DNA of 64,000 nt from Octopus vulgaris. Lineage: Eukaryota. The first letter of the stretch is position 1, and every line of letters begins with the position of its first letter. The notes beneath the pieces were generated by a model. That model saw only the letters and a list, made by a program, of their open reading frames with translations, had not been told where the DNA came from and did no database searches. This document shows, piece after piece, positions 1-13,505 of this stretch. Location of the stretch: contig OX597836.1 of the NCBI GenBank assembly GCA_951406725.2, positions 27,466,001 through 27,530,000 on the forward strand. Direction: 5' to 3'. The position numbers were made by a program, and so were the translations under genes.

Positions 1-319
1 ATGCATACACACATACATATATATATACATACACGCATGCAGACATACAAATCCAGTACCCAAGATATATCTTCAGCAACAAGATACGTAGCGTCCCGGC
101 TGGAGCAAAGTATGACCGAAATGGGGTTCTTGGAGAGAGAGCGCGATTCCTTAATTCTTACACTTAAAATGATCACAATATCTGGGAATATAAAAAATTT
201 CAAGACCTTCCTAAGTTTTAATGGATAACAAACAGAACATTATGTTTTCCTTCACAACCTTGCTACGAAGCGGGTAACCGATCGAAATTAACTCTAATTT
301 AAGATGAGAAAAAGAAATC

Positions 320-360
<41 letters not shown>

Positions 361-1120
361 CACGCGTGTATATGTGTATGTGTGTATATCTATGTGTATC
401 TGTGTAAGCGTGTGTGCATGCATTGACATATTTCTGTGTGTATGCCAGAGTACACAGTCAGTACTATAACTGAATGTGTCATTTAATTAAGTGTGAACTG
501 AGTAGGTAACCTGCCAGAGCTTAGTTACGCTGTGAAACCTAATCGCACTCAAAAATATTTCAAGAGAACCAATATAAAACCAAAGAACAATGCGTCACTC
601 ACGCTATAATATACTACTACTATTTATAGTGTATGTGTATGTCTGATTGCGCGCGCGCCCGCGCGTGTGTCTGTGAGTGTCTAATTGTGAGAATGTAGTT
701 AAATATACCTGTCCCAATAACCGTTGTTGTTGCTGTAATTTTACTTTGTTTTATGATCTAAGACATTCCATCCATGACCACTCATTAGTATCTTCAAGTG
801 TAATATATATAACATCGTATAATCCAGTTTGTTATGGTACACGGGGAACCGCTAATACTGGGTAGATTTGTTTACAAAACAAACACCCGAGAGCGCGGTA
901 TATGAAACAATGGCGTTGGAACATGGAATATTGAATAAATAAAATGGTTGCGCGGTTTGGAAAGCTACTTGGCAGTTTTACAGCTTCAGGTTAGTTCCCA
1001 CTGCGAAGTGCAACCAGCAAATGTTTTCTGTTTAAAATATTGAGTTGATTTATTGTTTTCGAGTAGAATTTACCCGACGGAAGTTATTGTGATATATATG
1101 AACATTTATACATACATACT

Positions 1121-1214
<94 letters not shown>

Positions 1215-1289
1215 TTGCACCTAGCTGCCTACATTAATTTTTTATCTACCTATCTGTCTGTCAGTCTATCTACCTAACTATCTATCTTT

Positions 1290-1383
<94 letters not shown>

Positions 1384-1403
1384 GTCTGTCTATTTAGTCA
1401 TAT

Positions 1404-1800
1404 ATGGGGCACCATGGCCCACTCTAGCAAAGAGTGATTATTGTTGGAGACATATCCGTATGTAGGAGGTTGGTCCGGGATTTTTTGGAGTAATTTGTCC
1501 AGAGAACTTTTGAATTTTATGGGGTCTGTTTCCATTTTGATGCATTTTGGTATAATATTAAAGAGAGCTGGACCGGTTGAGGTAAAGTAGTCGAGTCGTA
1601 ATGTTGTTATGTGTCTTGAGTTCGATTTTTGTAGCGGTCGGATAGCACGGGGATCAAATCTTGGATGGATTTTAAAATTGATGCCAACAAATGGCGGTGC
1701 CCCAGTATGACCACAGGTCGTGAGCTGAAACTAGATGAAATAAAAATAAAAAAAATTTATTTGTGCAATATTGATGGAATATTTTCCAATGGTCAGTCAT
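1404..1800 (-). mobile_element. CR1-like LINE 3' fragment (ORF2 C-terminus, frameshifted), interrupted by a short insertion at about 1690-1755
   Basis: Minus strand reads ...WKIFHQYCTN / GINFKIHPRFDPRAIRP...TGPALF / NIIPKCIKMETDPIKFKSSLDKLLQKIPDQPPTYGYVSNNNHSLLEWA, matching the FK..LD..L..IPDQP..GY..NSL..W end of invertebrate CR1-group ORF2. Confidence 0.65.
1690..1755 (+). mobile_element. About 45-nt two-hairpin retroposon tail module with A-rich tail (copy 1 of 5)
   Basis: aatggcggtgccccagtatgaccacaggtcgtgagctgaaactag plus A-rich tail; similar to 18968, 29410, 31540 and 35925(-). Confidence 0.7.
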
Positions 1801-2222
1801 TCCTTGTCGAGATGGAGGGCTAGCGTGGTCCAATTCCTCTCAGAGCAATATCATAGGAAATCTAGAAGTTCTGCTAATGTGACCCAAAGGGATGCGGTCG
1901 AAGAAGAGAACTTAGAACGAAACGGTACTAACAGTATATGTAGAAGCAACACAGATAATTGATTTGAATTACATTTGAATTGGCTGAGGAGGGCGATACC
2001 GGACGGAGTAGCTAACGAAGCCTCACTCGAGACTACAATCGAGTTAGCGGTAGTATTTTGTAGCAATTTCATTACCTAATACTCCCTGTAGTATTTTACA
2101 TGTGACATAAAGGGTTGTCCTGGAACCAATATATTTGGTCACTCCTTGACAAGTTGACCATAAACAAATCCACGCCTGTGATATATCTTCCAGCTGCTGT
2201 TTCTTTCAACAAAAGAGAAATT

Positions 2223-2632
2223 GGATCTTTTCGGTTTGAACGGCAGTTTTTTAAAATAATTTCCACGTAACTAAACACTTTTAAACTTCGTATACTGGTA
2301 GAATGTGTTTATAAAATATCTTTTTCTCTTGGCTTTATTGAGAAAATTCTATAGTTTGTAAGATATTTGTTGTTTTTCTTCAATTTCTGCAATTTCAACC
2401 AATCAATGACGTCTATTGAGGTGAAAACATTCTGTGCCGTATGAATATGTCCCTCGTTTAAGAAACAGATTGGGTTTATTTACATTTGTGAAGAAAAAAA
2501 GATACCCTTTCCCCCCCACCCTAACCCTAAAACAGATTGAAATGCAATAAATCGATACTAGGGTTATAATTATGGGTGACAATTTCATATGACACCGCTA
2601 GAGAAAAACTGCCGTTCAAACCGAAAAGATCC
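2223..2632. mobile_element. MITE with perfect 29-bp TIRs and 8-bp TSD (Merlin-like by GG..CC termini and TSD length)
   Basis: TIR GGATCTTTTCGGTTTGAACGGCAGTTTTT at 2223-2251 and its reverse complement at 2604-2632; TSD gagaaatt at 2215-2222 and 2633-2640. Confidence 0.9.
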
Positions 2633-2920
2633 GAGAAATTAAAATTCTGTGACACACACACACACAAAAAAAAAAGCAGACAAGGACTACATATTCATAT
2701 TCACTTTTGTGAATTAATAATTGCTTTTAATTTAGGCTCAAGTCCAGTAGTTCTGAGCCTGGGGGAATTAGTCAATACCACCGAGGTCAAGTATATAATG
2801 TTATCGATCCGTAAACGATGAAATGCAAAACAGACAGACCTCAGCGGGATTTGAACTCACGAAAATAAAGAGCCAGAACTAATGTGTCGCAAGCATTGTT
2901 TTCCAATATTCAAACTATTC

Positions 2921-3149
2921 TGTTTCTTTATTACCCACAAGGGGCTAAGCACAGAAGGGACAAACAAGGACAGACAAACAGATTAAGTCGATTACATCAA
3001 CCCCAGTGCGTAACTGGTACTTAATTTATCAACCCCGATAGGATGAAAGGCAAAGTCGACCTCGGCGGAATTTGAACTCAGAACGTAGCGGCAGACGAAA
3101 TACGGCTACGCATTAGGCCCGGCGTGCTAACGTTTCTGCCAGCTCGCCG
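2921..3149 (-). mobile_element. Full-length tRNA-derived SINE (MetaSINE-type central domain) nested in an older degenerate copy (about 2770-3190)
   Basis: Reverse strand: ggcgagctggcagaaacgttagcacgcc...gagttcaaattcc (B box)...gcctttcatcctatcggggttgataaattaagtaccag; probable TSD tccaatatt(c/g)aaac(t/g)att at 2902-2919 and 3152-3169. Confidence 0.85.
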
Positions 3150-3630
3150 TCTCCAATATTGAAACGATTTCGCCTGCTCAGCACTTTCGTCTGCGCATTG
3201 GTTAGTTAATAATCATTTTAACTCGTTGTTTTTGCGTATTCACCTTTATTATATTAATAACTATTAACAGAGATAGACTAAATGTCATAATTTGATTAGA
3301 TGTTATTAGAAAATAATGAATAATAAAACTGTTGGAAATATATATTGCTTGTTTGGTGAAGATGTAAACCATAAAACCGTGGCTTAAAACAATAATTTAT
3401 GACGATGATAAAACGGTTTTCATTAATGTAATTTAATAATTTTATTTAGATAAATATTATTTTAAATACTGTTGGTTATGGAAGATTCATAATATCATTA
3501 TCATATTCTTAGTAATTGACGCAATAGTTATCTTTCATTTCTTTTTTTTTTTGTGTGGCGGTGAGGTGCCGGTGTGTCATCAGTTGAAGACTTTATATCT
3601 AGACGTCTATTTTCAAAAAGTAAAAATAAA

Positions 3631-3690
<60 letters not shown>

Positions 3691-4200
3691 CTTCAACTAC
3701 GATAAATGACTTCCAACAAATGTTTCTGGAGAAATACTATTTTTAATGGCAATTACTAATTACTATATAATTTAATCTAATTATAATTATGATAGCCAAA
3801 GTAATTCATTTTATACAATTTTAGAATACTTTTGATACCAGTAGCCAATGTACGATAGCACCGAGCGATCGTAAATAATTTCCGAGAACTAAAATAGTAT
3901 ATGTTCTTATTTAAGGAATTAAATTATTGTTTGTATTAAATAGCTTAATGATAAATATCAATATCGCGATAGGATATAAATATGAGTTTAGTGTCCCTAT
4001 TTTAAGGGCAAACATTTTGCTTCCCTTTATTATTTCCGTTATAACAATCTATATACCGTCAAGAACTTCGTAATAAGTATTTAAGAAAATATAAGATTAA
4101 ATATGGATCTTATGCATCTACATCCTTATAATTCCTTAATTTCAAATTCAAATTTCAAATTCTGCCTTGATCAGATCGATGCTGTTGTAGAAAATTCTAT

Positions 4201-5572
4201 GGCGGTGAGCTGGCAGAATCGTTAGCACGCCGGGCGAAATGCGTAGCCTTATTTCGTCTGCCGTTAAATTCTGAGTTCAAATTCCGCCGAGGTCGACTGT
4301 GCCTTTCATCCCTTCGGGGTCGATAAATTAAGTACCAGTTACGCACTGGGGTTGATGTAATCGACTTAATCCGCTTGTCTGTCCTTGTTTGTCCCCTCTA
4401 TATTTAGCCCCTTGTGGGTAATAAAGAAACAGGCATTTCGTCTGCCGCTATGTTCTAAGTTCAATATCCGCCGAGGTCGACTTTGCCTTTCATCCTATCG
4501 GGGTCGATAAACTAAGTACCAGTTACGCACTGGGGTCGATATAATCGACTTAATCCGTTTGTCTGTCCTTGTTTGTCCTCTCTGTGTTTAGCCCCTTGCG
4601 GGTAGTAAAGAAATCGGTATTTCGTCTGCCGCTACGTTCTTTGTTCAAATTCCGCCGTGGTCGACTTTGCCTTTCATCCTTTCGGGGTCGATAAATTAAG
4701 TACCAGTTACGCACTGGGGTCGATAAATTAAGTACCAGTTACGCACTGGGGTCGATATAATCGACTTAATCCGTTTGTCTGTCCTTGTTTGTCCTCTCTG
4801 TGTTTAGCCCCTTGTGGGTGGTAAAGAAATCGGTATTTCGTCTGTCGCTACGTTCTGAGTTCAAATTCCGCCGTGGTCGACTTTGCCTTTCATCCTTTCG
4901 GGGTCGATAAATTAAGTACCAGTTACGCACTGGGGTCGATATAATCGACTTAATCCGTTTGTCTGTCCTTGTTTGTCCTCTCTGTGTTTAGACCCTTGTG
5001 GGTGGTAAAGAAATCGGTATTTCGTCTGCCGCTACGTTCTGAGTTCAAATTCCGCCGTGGTCGACTTTGCCTTTCATCCTTTCGGGGTCGATAAATTAAG
5101 TACCAGTTACGCACTGGGGTCGATATAATCGACTTAATCCGTTTGTCTGTCCTTGTTTGTCCTCTCTGTGTTTAGCCCCTTGCGGGTGGTAAAGAAATCG
5201 GTATTTTGTCTGTCGCTACGTTCTGAGTTCAAATTCCGCCGTGGTCGACTTTGCCTTTCATCCTTTCGGGGTCGATAAATTAAGTACCAGTTACGCACTG
5301 GGGTCGATATAATCGACTTAATCCCTTTGTCCGTCCTTGTTTGTCCTCTCTGTGTTTAGCCCCTTGTGGGTAATAAAGAAACAGGTATTTCGTCTGCCGC
5401 TATGTTCTAAGTTCAATTTCCGCCGAGGTCGACTTTGGCTTTCATCGTTTCGGGGTCGATAAATTAAGTACCAGTTACGCCCTGGTGTCGATATAATCGA
5501 CTTAATCCCTTTGTCTGTCCTTGTTTGTCCCCTCTATGTTTAGCCCCTTGTGGGCAGTAAAGAAATAAGAAA
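4201..5572 (+). mobile_element. Head-to-tail array of 7 MetaSINE-type units (1 full-length plus 6 units 5'-truncated at the same point)
   Basis: Truncated units start at 4432, 4616, 4832, 5016, 5200 and 5384 (184-bp period; unit 3 has an extra 32-bp internal duplication). Each contains gagttcaaattcc...gcctttcatcctttcggggtcgataaattaagtaccag. Confidence 0.92.
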
Positions 5573-5849
5573 CAGTACGGAGGAATCGACGTAAGCTTGA
5601 ATAATAAAACCACGATATGGCAAGAGATTATTGTACTTTACTCTTAGTTAACATTAAACTTAAGAGTACATTTGTGAAACGGCAATTGCTTTTGCCTGTA
5701 CGAGAAACCCCGTGTTTATACGGGGTACCATCCGCCACCCTCTTGGCACACAAAGAAACTGTTTCATCATAGCTATCACATGCAATATCAGCGGTGGTGG
5801 TGGTGGTGTTGGTGGTTGTGGGGGATGTTGTCTTGAGGTTTATTGACAA

Positions 5850-5992
5850 GTCTCTTGAAATCTCTGGAATCTTAAGATTCTTGCTAAATACAAAGGCTGC
5901 ACTTTTTCTGCAGGTTGACATCGCGAAACCCAATCGCAATACTTTCCAATCTTTTAAGCAGCAGATTGGGTGCTGTGCCAAGTGCACAACAG
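5850..5992 (-). mobile_element. Degenerate RLE-type (R4/Dong-like) LINE C-terminal remnant
   Basis: Minus strand reads CALGTAPNLLLKRLESI...NLQK, resembling the GALGT.P..L...LQK..L..ARILR terminus. Confidence 0.45.
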
Positions 5993-6038
5993 CTTCTTCT
6001 TCTTCTTCTTCTTCTTCTTCTTCTTCTTCTTCTTCTTC

Positions 6039-6116
<78 letters not shown>

Positions 6117-6146
6117 TTCTTCTTCTTCTTCTTCTTCTTCTTCTTC

Positions 6147-6194
<48 letters not shown>

Positions 6195-6411
6195 TTCTTC
6201 TTCTTCTTCATCATCATCATCATCATCATCATCATCTTCTTCTTCTTCTTCTTCATCTTCATCTTCATCCTCCTCCTCCTCCTCCTCATCATCATCATCA
6301 TCTTCTTCTTCTTCATCATCCTCCTCCTCCTCCTCCTCCTCCTCCTCATCATCATCATCATCATCATCTTCTTCTTCTTCTTCTTCTTCTTCTTCTTCTT
6401 CTCCTCATCAT
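5993..6411 (+). repeat. Compound trinucleotide microsatellite (TCT/TCA/TCC)n
   Basis: Directly visible; source of the poly-Ser/His/Leu pseudo-ORFs. Confidence 0.97.
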
Positions 6412-6429
6412 TAAGACAAATGCTACATT

Positions 6430-6740
6430 AGTTAGCAGGGACTTCATCTTCAGGTTTGGTGGCAATTCTTCCTTGGGTCCCAAGAGTCTCTCTTGGGATT
6501 CTTGCAGGATATAGCATCGCACTTAGCACTCTATCAGGTAGCAGTTTGGGTGTTGTGCCAAATGCACCAGTTACCACAAGAATAACTCTTGTCTTAGTCT
6601 TCCCCAATCTCTTCTTCTCTCTTGTTTGGTTCTGATATTCCGATATCATAAGATATCATAAGATATTGTAAAATCTATGCTTATATTTCTTTAATATCTC
6701 TGTGTATATTTCTCTTGTTCTCAATAAACATATCTGGTCT
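6430..6740 (-). mobile_element. Degenerate RLE-type LINE C-terminal remnant
   Basis: Minus-strand ORF 6428-6649 contains RVILVVTGAFGTTPKLL (compare VVIGALGTTPK of RLE LINEs). Confidence 0.5.
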
Positions 6741-6791
6741 TGTTGCTTCAATAGTACGCCAGTCTTTATGGCAGTACCTCTATTAACTCGA

Positions 6792-7775
<984 letters not shown>

Positions 7776-7780
7776 CATTA

Positions 7781-7910
7781 AGTGAGAGAGCAGTGCATGC
7801 CATCAAAGTGACACTGGGGTAAAATATACGAAGCCTAGTAGACCCATCATGACTACCCATCTGATAAGGGTACACTAGGCACTTGCATCACAACCATATG
7901 TGCGCGACAT
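7781..7910 (-). mobile_element. Probable 3' end of a second (TAA)n-associated non-LTR element
   Basis: Unique segment agtgagagagcagtgcatgcc... abutting (ATT)n; its terminal 17 bp recur inside another (TTA)n tract at 48570-48587. Confidence 0.55.
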
Positions 7911-7976
7911 ATTGTTACTACTACTACTACTACTACCACCACCACCACCACCACCACCACCACCACCACCACCACC

Positions 7977-8044
<68 letters not shown>

Positions 8045-8159
8045 AATTATTATTATTATTGTTGTTGTTATTATACGAAACTCACAGCTTATTTTGCTGG
8101 GTATGCTGGAAAGTGTCAGCTGTCCACAGCCAGCAGACTAACGTGACACTCGTTTACTG

Positions 8160-8975
8160 GTCAATTCTCAAGAACCCTGCGAAGAATTCTTGCAGTTCCA
8201 AGTAATGCTGATTTTTGTTGTTGTTGTTATTTTAAATTCGGGTTTTGTTGGAACTCCTGGTGTCTTACAAGCGATTTGGATTTACTACCTGCAGCCTACG
8301 GTACCATGCTATCTGTTCTTTTCAGTTATCTAATACTTTTATGAAGATTCTGGCATTCTATTCCGATTTCCTTTATATTCCCCATGGGGCCTTCTGATAC
8401 TGTTCTCAAGGACCCAACTCTCTTTGCCTGCTTCCTTTTCCATAGCCGGGCTATTTCGTACTTTGTATGCGTCTATTTTTTAGAGAAAAGATTATTTGCC
8501 AACATAACAAGGCAGTCCTGGTTTACGACGAATGTTACTGTAATTTAGCCTCTGAAAACATCGTCTCTGGGACCAAATTAAAGCGAAATTTGTTCTAAAC
8601 CAGGACTGCCATGTTATGTTGGCAAATAATCTTTACTCTAGAGTCCTGTTGCTGAATATCTCTCGTTGAGAAATTTACAAACAGTAATTGTCTATTTTTT
8701 TCTTCTTCCGTCTAAACTATTCGTGGGTTTGACGGACACGCAACATCAATTATATAGCGAATGTGGTTCATCTGATCCTTTACCATCAGTTCGGTTTGTT
8801 ATGCTCCAACACCTGACCTCTTTGGATAGGTAAATTCCACAGGATTTTGCAGGTCTCCGATACCACCACTCTCGGTGGTTCGTACTCATAGCACGTCTTG
8901 CTTCTCTTTAGACCTCACTTAGCACATACTCTCCAAAGTTGCAATTTCGTGACCCCATCGTGTCGCCATAACTTA
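8160..8975 (-). mobile_element. Old RLE-type (R4/Dong-like) LINE remnant, interrupted by later insertions
   Basis: Minus-strand motifs KLWRHDGV (about 8960), YIIDVACP..EEEKIDNY (about 8690-8760) and QKSALLGTARILRRVLE (about 8165-8218), in the correct order. Confidence 0.65.
8481..8640. mobile_element. Short MITE with TIRs of about 45 bp, TA termini
   Basis: tagag(a/t)aaagattatttgccaacataaca(a/t)ggcagtcctggttta at the left end and its reverse complement ending at 8640. Confidence 0.8.
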
Positions 8976-9023
8976 TGGGCAAATCTAGGGTGTTACATTT
9001 ACCTACCAACCTTCCAGATGTGT

Positions 9024-9378
9024 GAAGGCGCATGGCTCAGTGGTTAGAGCGTCGAGCTTACGATCGTGAGATTGTGAGCTCGAATCCCGGACCGGGCTGT
9101 GTGTTGTGTTCTTGAGCAAGACACTTTATTTCACGTTGCTCCAGTTAAGTCAGCTGTAGAAATGAGCTGCAACGTCACTGGTGCCAAGCTGCATCGGCCT
9201 CTTTGCCTTTCCCTTAGACAACATCAGTGGCATGGAGAGGGGAGGCCGGTATGCATGGGCGACTGCTGGTCTTCCATTAACAATCTTGCCCAGACTCGTG
9301 CCTGGGAGGGTAACTTTCTAGGTGCAAACCTACGGTCAGTCATGACCGAAAAGGGGTCCCAACAACAACAACAATCAA
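9024..9378 (+). mobile_element. Full-length tRNA-derived SINE with (CAA)n tail and 13-bp TSD
   Basis: A box tggctcagtgg, B box gctcgaatccc, central tcttgagcaagacacttt; TSD cttccagatgtgt at 9011-9023 and 9379-9391. Related copy on the minus strand at about 50310-50552. Confidence 0.9.
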
Positions 9379-10253
9379 CTTCCAGATGTGTCACATAATA
9401 ATAACAAAAGAGTACCATTGAACTATTGGGGGTCAATGTAATCGAAAAACCTTCATCCCTAAATACATTGCCGGCCTTGAGCCTAAATTAGATACAATTA
9501 TTATTATTGCTATTGCCTTTGCTCTTTGTTGTTGTTGTTGTTGTTGTTGTTGTGGTTGCTGCCATTTCTGCAGATGTCGTTGTCGTCGTTGTTGCCCTGG
9601 TATGTTGTTTGGTTTCTGTGCTGGTGGTATGATTAGTCAGGTAGGTCTAAGCTAGAAGGTGATGCCTGTCGACAAATATGGTGTCACAATGTAAGTTCTT
9701 AGAGGTTGCTTTTCTTTTTCTTGTTTCTTGACGTATGACAGGCAAGCTGAAGGGTTTATTTATAAACTAAGTACACACACACACACACAAACACAAGCAC
9801 ATAAACACACACACAAGCACATAAACATAAACACACACACACACACAAACACAAGCACATAAACACACACACACACACAAACACAAGCACATAAACATAA
9901 ACACACACACACACACACATACAGACACACACACACACACACACCTGGTGAGTAAGTCAATAGCTCAACTGAGACGTAATATACACCTGTCGCTACCGAA
10001 TGTAACAATATATATATATATATATTTATTCATATATATATATATGTATGTATGTATACAAATATAAACAAATATACATATCTAAAACAATATATATATA
10101 TATGTATGCAGATGTATAACCAGATATATATAATATACAGATATAAATCAATGTATATGTACACACACTCACCCAAATATATATGTACATATACGTACAT
10201 GTATATATATGAATATATATGTATATATGTGTGTTAATATATATATATATATA

Positions 10254-10307
<54 letters not shown>

Positions 10308-10764
10308 TATGCACACAGACACACACAAATATACATATACATACAGAACAATATAGAGTTATAAAAAACAAACAAATCATTAATGATACCTAATTACTAA
10401 ATAACTTTCTACAAAGACAAGGAAATGACTTCGTGGTTGGTCTTGTCTAATGACAGAATGAAGTATGGACAACGCATGCTTTGGCTATTGTCTCAGTCAT
10501 TGGATAGCGGCCTTGTTGGAGCAATACGTTGTAGGAATTTAGTCGATCAAATAAATTCTGGTATTTAACGTTTTGTTTTGCTTTTTTTTTTTTGTGTTTT
10601 GTCTTATGTTTCCTACTTGTTTCTGTCGGTTTCTTTAACTGCTAAGTGACTGGGGACGTGTAGAAACTGAAACCGTTTACAAATACACACAAGTGTGCGC
10701 GCGCATGCACACACATACATACATGCATACACCCTTCCCCCACATACACGTTTCTTTGATTTTA

Positions 10765-10937
10765 TCGTTTAATTAGTTTTAGTCATTAGACTGCGGCCAT
10801 GCTGGGGCACCTCCCTAAAGGTATTTGTAGTCGAACAAATCGACCCTAGGGTTTTTTAAAACCCTGGTACTTAATCTATCTGTTCCTTTTGCTGAACCGC
10901 TAAGTTACTGGGACGCAAACACAAACATAAATATACG

Positions 10938-10989
<52 letters not shown>

Positions 10990-11150
10990 AGACGGGTTTC
11001 TTCCAGTTTCCGTCTACCAAATCCACTCAAGGCTTTGGTGGGTCCGAGGCTATAGTAGAAGACACCTACCCAAAGTGCCACGCAGTGAGATTGAACCTGG
11101 AACCATGTGTTTGGGAAGCAAGCTTTTTACCATACAGCCACTCCTGCGCC
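10765..11150 (-). mobile_element. Abundant tRNA-derived SINE with internal CA/TA microsatellite (family 'A'); a further partial copy at about 11200-11340
   Basis: Reverse of ggctgtgtggtaa...ggttcagtcccactgcgtggcaccttgggcaagtgtcttctactatagc...ggatttggtagacggaaactgaaagaagcccgtcg...cagcatggccgcagtc. Confidence 0.85.
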
Positions 11151-12597
11151 TTGTCCTATAATATATATATACATATGTATGTATATATATATATACATAC
11201 ACACGACGTGCTTCTTTCAGTTTCCATCTACCAAATCCACTCACAAGGCTTTAGTCAGCCCAAGGCTATAGTAGAAGACATTTACCCAAGGTGCCATGCA
11301 GTGGGACTGAACCCAGAACCATGTGGTTGAGAAGCAATGCTTTAACATCATATATAGCTTTCTGTGTGTGTATCTTTATGTGTGTTTTTGTCTGTACATG
11401 TATATATATATGTGTGTATTTGTGTGTGTGTATGTCTGTGTTATCTGTGCATGTGCGTGAGTGTTTACGCCCGGAATGTGTATATATGTGATTGTATGTG
11501 TTTGTATGTGTATGTGTTTATGTGTGCGTGTGTTTGTATATGTGTTTGTGTGTTTCTGTGTGTGTGTTTGTGTGCTTTTTTGTCTCTGTATAAATGTATC
11601 TTTGTCTATGTGTACAATGAGTGTGTGTGAGCACCAGTGAGGAAATATATGTGTGACTGTCTGTCTATCTGTATATTTCAACGCTGGAAAATATTACATA
11701 CGTCATACACTCACGCATACAGACACACAAACGCACACACATCCGCACAAAGCACACAGACACACACACATATACACACGTACACACACAAATGCATATA
11801 CAAACACATACGCACACAAGCACACATATTCACACAAACACGCATACAAACACATACATGCACATATATGCACATTCCAGGCATATACAAACGCATACAC
11901 ACACAAGCACACATCTACACACAAACACACATACAAACACATACATGCACATATATGCACATTCCAAGACATAAACACTCACACACATGCACGGATACAT
12001 ACACACACAGACACACAGATAAACACATACATACAGACACATATACATGCACACCCCAAAACGCATAAAGATACACACAGTCGTAGTACATACATACACA
12101 CATACACACAGATAAACACACACACACAAGCACACATACACACATACAGAAACACAGAAACACACACTTTTCTATGAACACCTCCTCACACACAGACAGC
12201 AATACACATCACACACGCATCCACAAACTCAAACACACTGACTCACACACATGCACACATACACACACTTACACACAGAGAAGCGTTTGTTTCCATTGAG
12301 CTCTATAAACAAGTCGTAATTAGCTTTATAATGTTGTCGCCACAAAGATACTGCTGTCTATTTTGTTTTGTACAGCCGTACATTTTATGACATCACAATC
12401 TCGTTATCGCAACACCACTCTCGTCTTCCTCTTTTTTCATTCACGTCGCCATTTTGTCTTTCTTTCCTGTCCGCCAGATTCCTGCAGATGTTTACCTTTT
12501 GCCGCTCATTCCTTTTCTCATTCAACGAACAACTCACTTCCGCTATTATCATTACTTCCGTTACAAGCATTCCCTTGGTGACAACTGTAACTCTTGC

Positions 12598-13033
12598 CTT
12601 TCTTCTTCTTCTTCTTCTTCTTCTTCTTCTTCTTCTTCTTCTTCTTCTTCTTCTTCTTCTTCTTCTTCTTCTTCTTCTTCTTCTTCTTCTTCTTCTTCTT
12701 CTTCTTCTTCTTCTTCTTCTTCTTCTTCTTCTTCTTCTTCTTCTTCTTCTTCTTCTTCTTCTTCTTCTTCTTCTTCTTCTTCTTCTTCTTCTTCTTCTTC
12801 TTCTTCGTCTTCTTCTTCTTCTTCTTCTTCTTCTTCTTCTTCTTCTTCTCATCACCATCAACATCGTCGTCACCGTCATCATTATCATCATTGTCTTCGA
12901 CGTTTCAACCACTTCGTCGTCGTCGTCGTCGTCACCATCATCATCCACCACCACCACCACTACTACGGCCACCACTAACGCCGCTATCACCATCGCCGCC
13001 CCCGCCGCTACCACCATCGCCGCCGCCGCCACC

Positions 13034-13094
<61 letters not shown>

Positions 13095-13144
13095 ATACAT
13101 ATACGCATTTATCCACCAATGATCTCCTTTCACAAAAACACTTC

Positions 13145-13177
<33 letters not shown>

Positions 13178-13211
13178 TTCTTTTCTTTCTTTCTTTCTTT
13201 CTTCCTTCTTT

Positions 13212-13243
<32 letters not shown>

Positions 13244-13250
13244 TCATTCA
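12598..13250 (+). repeat. (TCT)n followed by degenerate (CAC/CAT/CGC)n and (TTTC)n low-complexity tract
   Basis: Directly visible. Confidence 0.95.
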
Positions 13251-13456
13251 TTATCCCCTCTTTCATTTTCCCTCCTGTTGTCACAGCCACATATACGCCA
13301 TCTTAATTCATGCACGCGATTGTAACACACACAAACACACACTCACACACACACACGCATACACATACTTCATTATGAATACATACGTGCGTACACACAC
13401 ATATATGTACAAATGTGCACATAATTACATACACGTACATACATATATCTATATAC

Positions 13457-13505
<49 letters not shown>

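Noticed and set aside
1771-2160. Short non-repetitive ORFs as a host exon
   Set aside because: No recognisable domain, stops in all frames nearby, sandwiched between transposon remnants.
2515-2532. Interstitial telomere
   Set aside because: Only two CCCTAA units, inside a MITE.
4201-5572. CRISPR-like or tRNA-gene array
   Set aside because: Units are 184-bp SINE bodies with no unique spacers and no complete cloverleaf; eukaryotic context, no cas genes.
9024-9100. Functional tRNA genes (here and at 27050-27118, 28031, 39080-39140, 40120, 53350)
   Set aside because: A and B boxes are present, but acceptor stems are poor and each continues directly into a SINE or LTR body.
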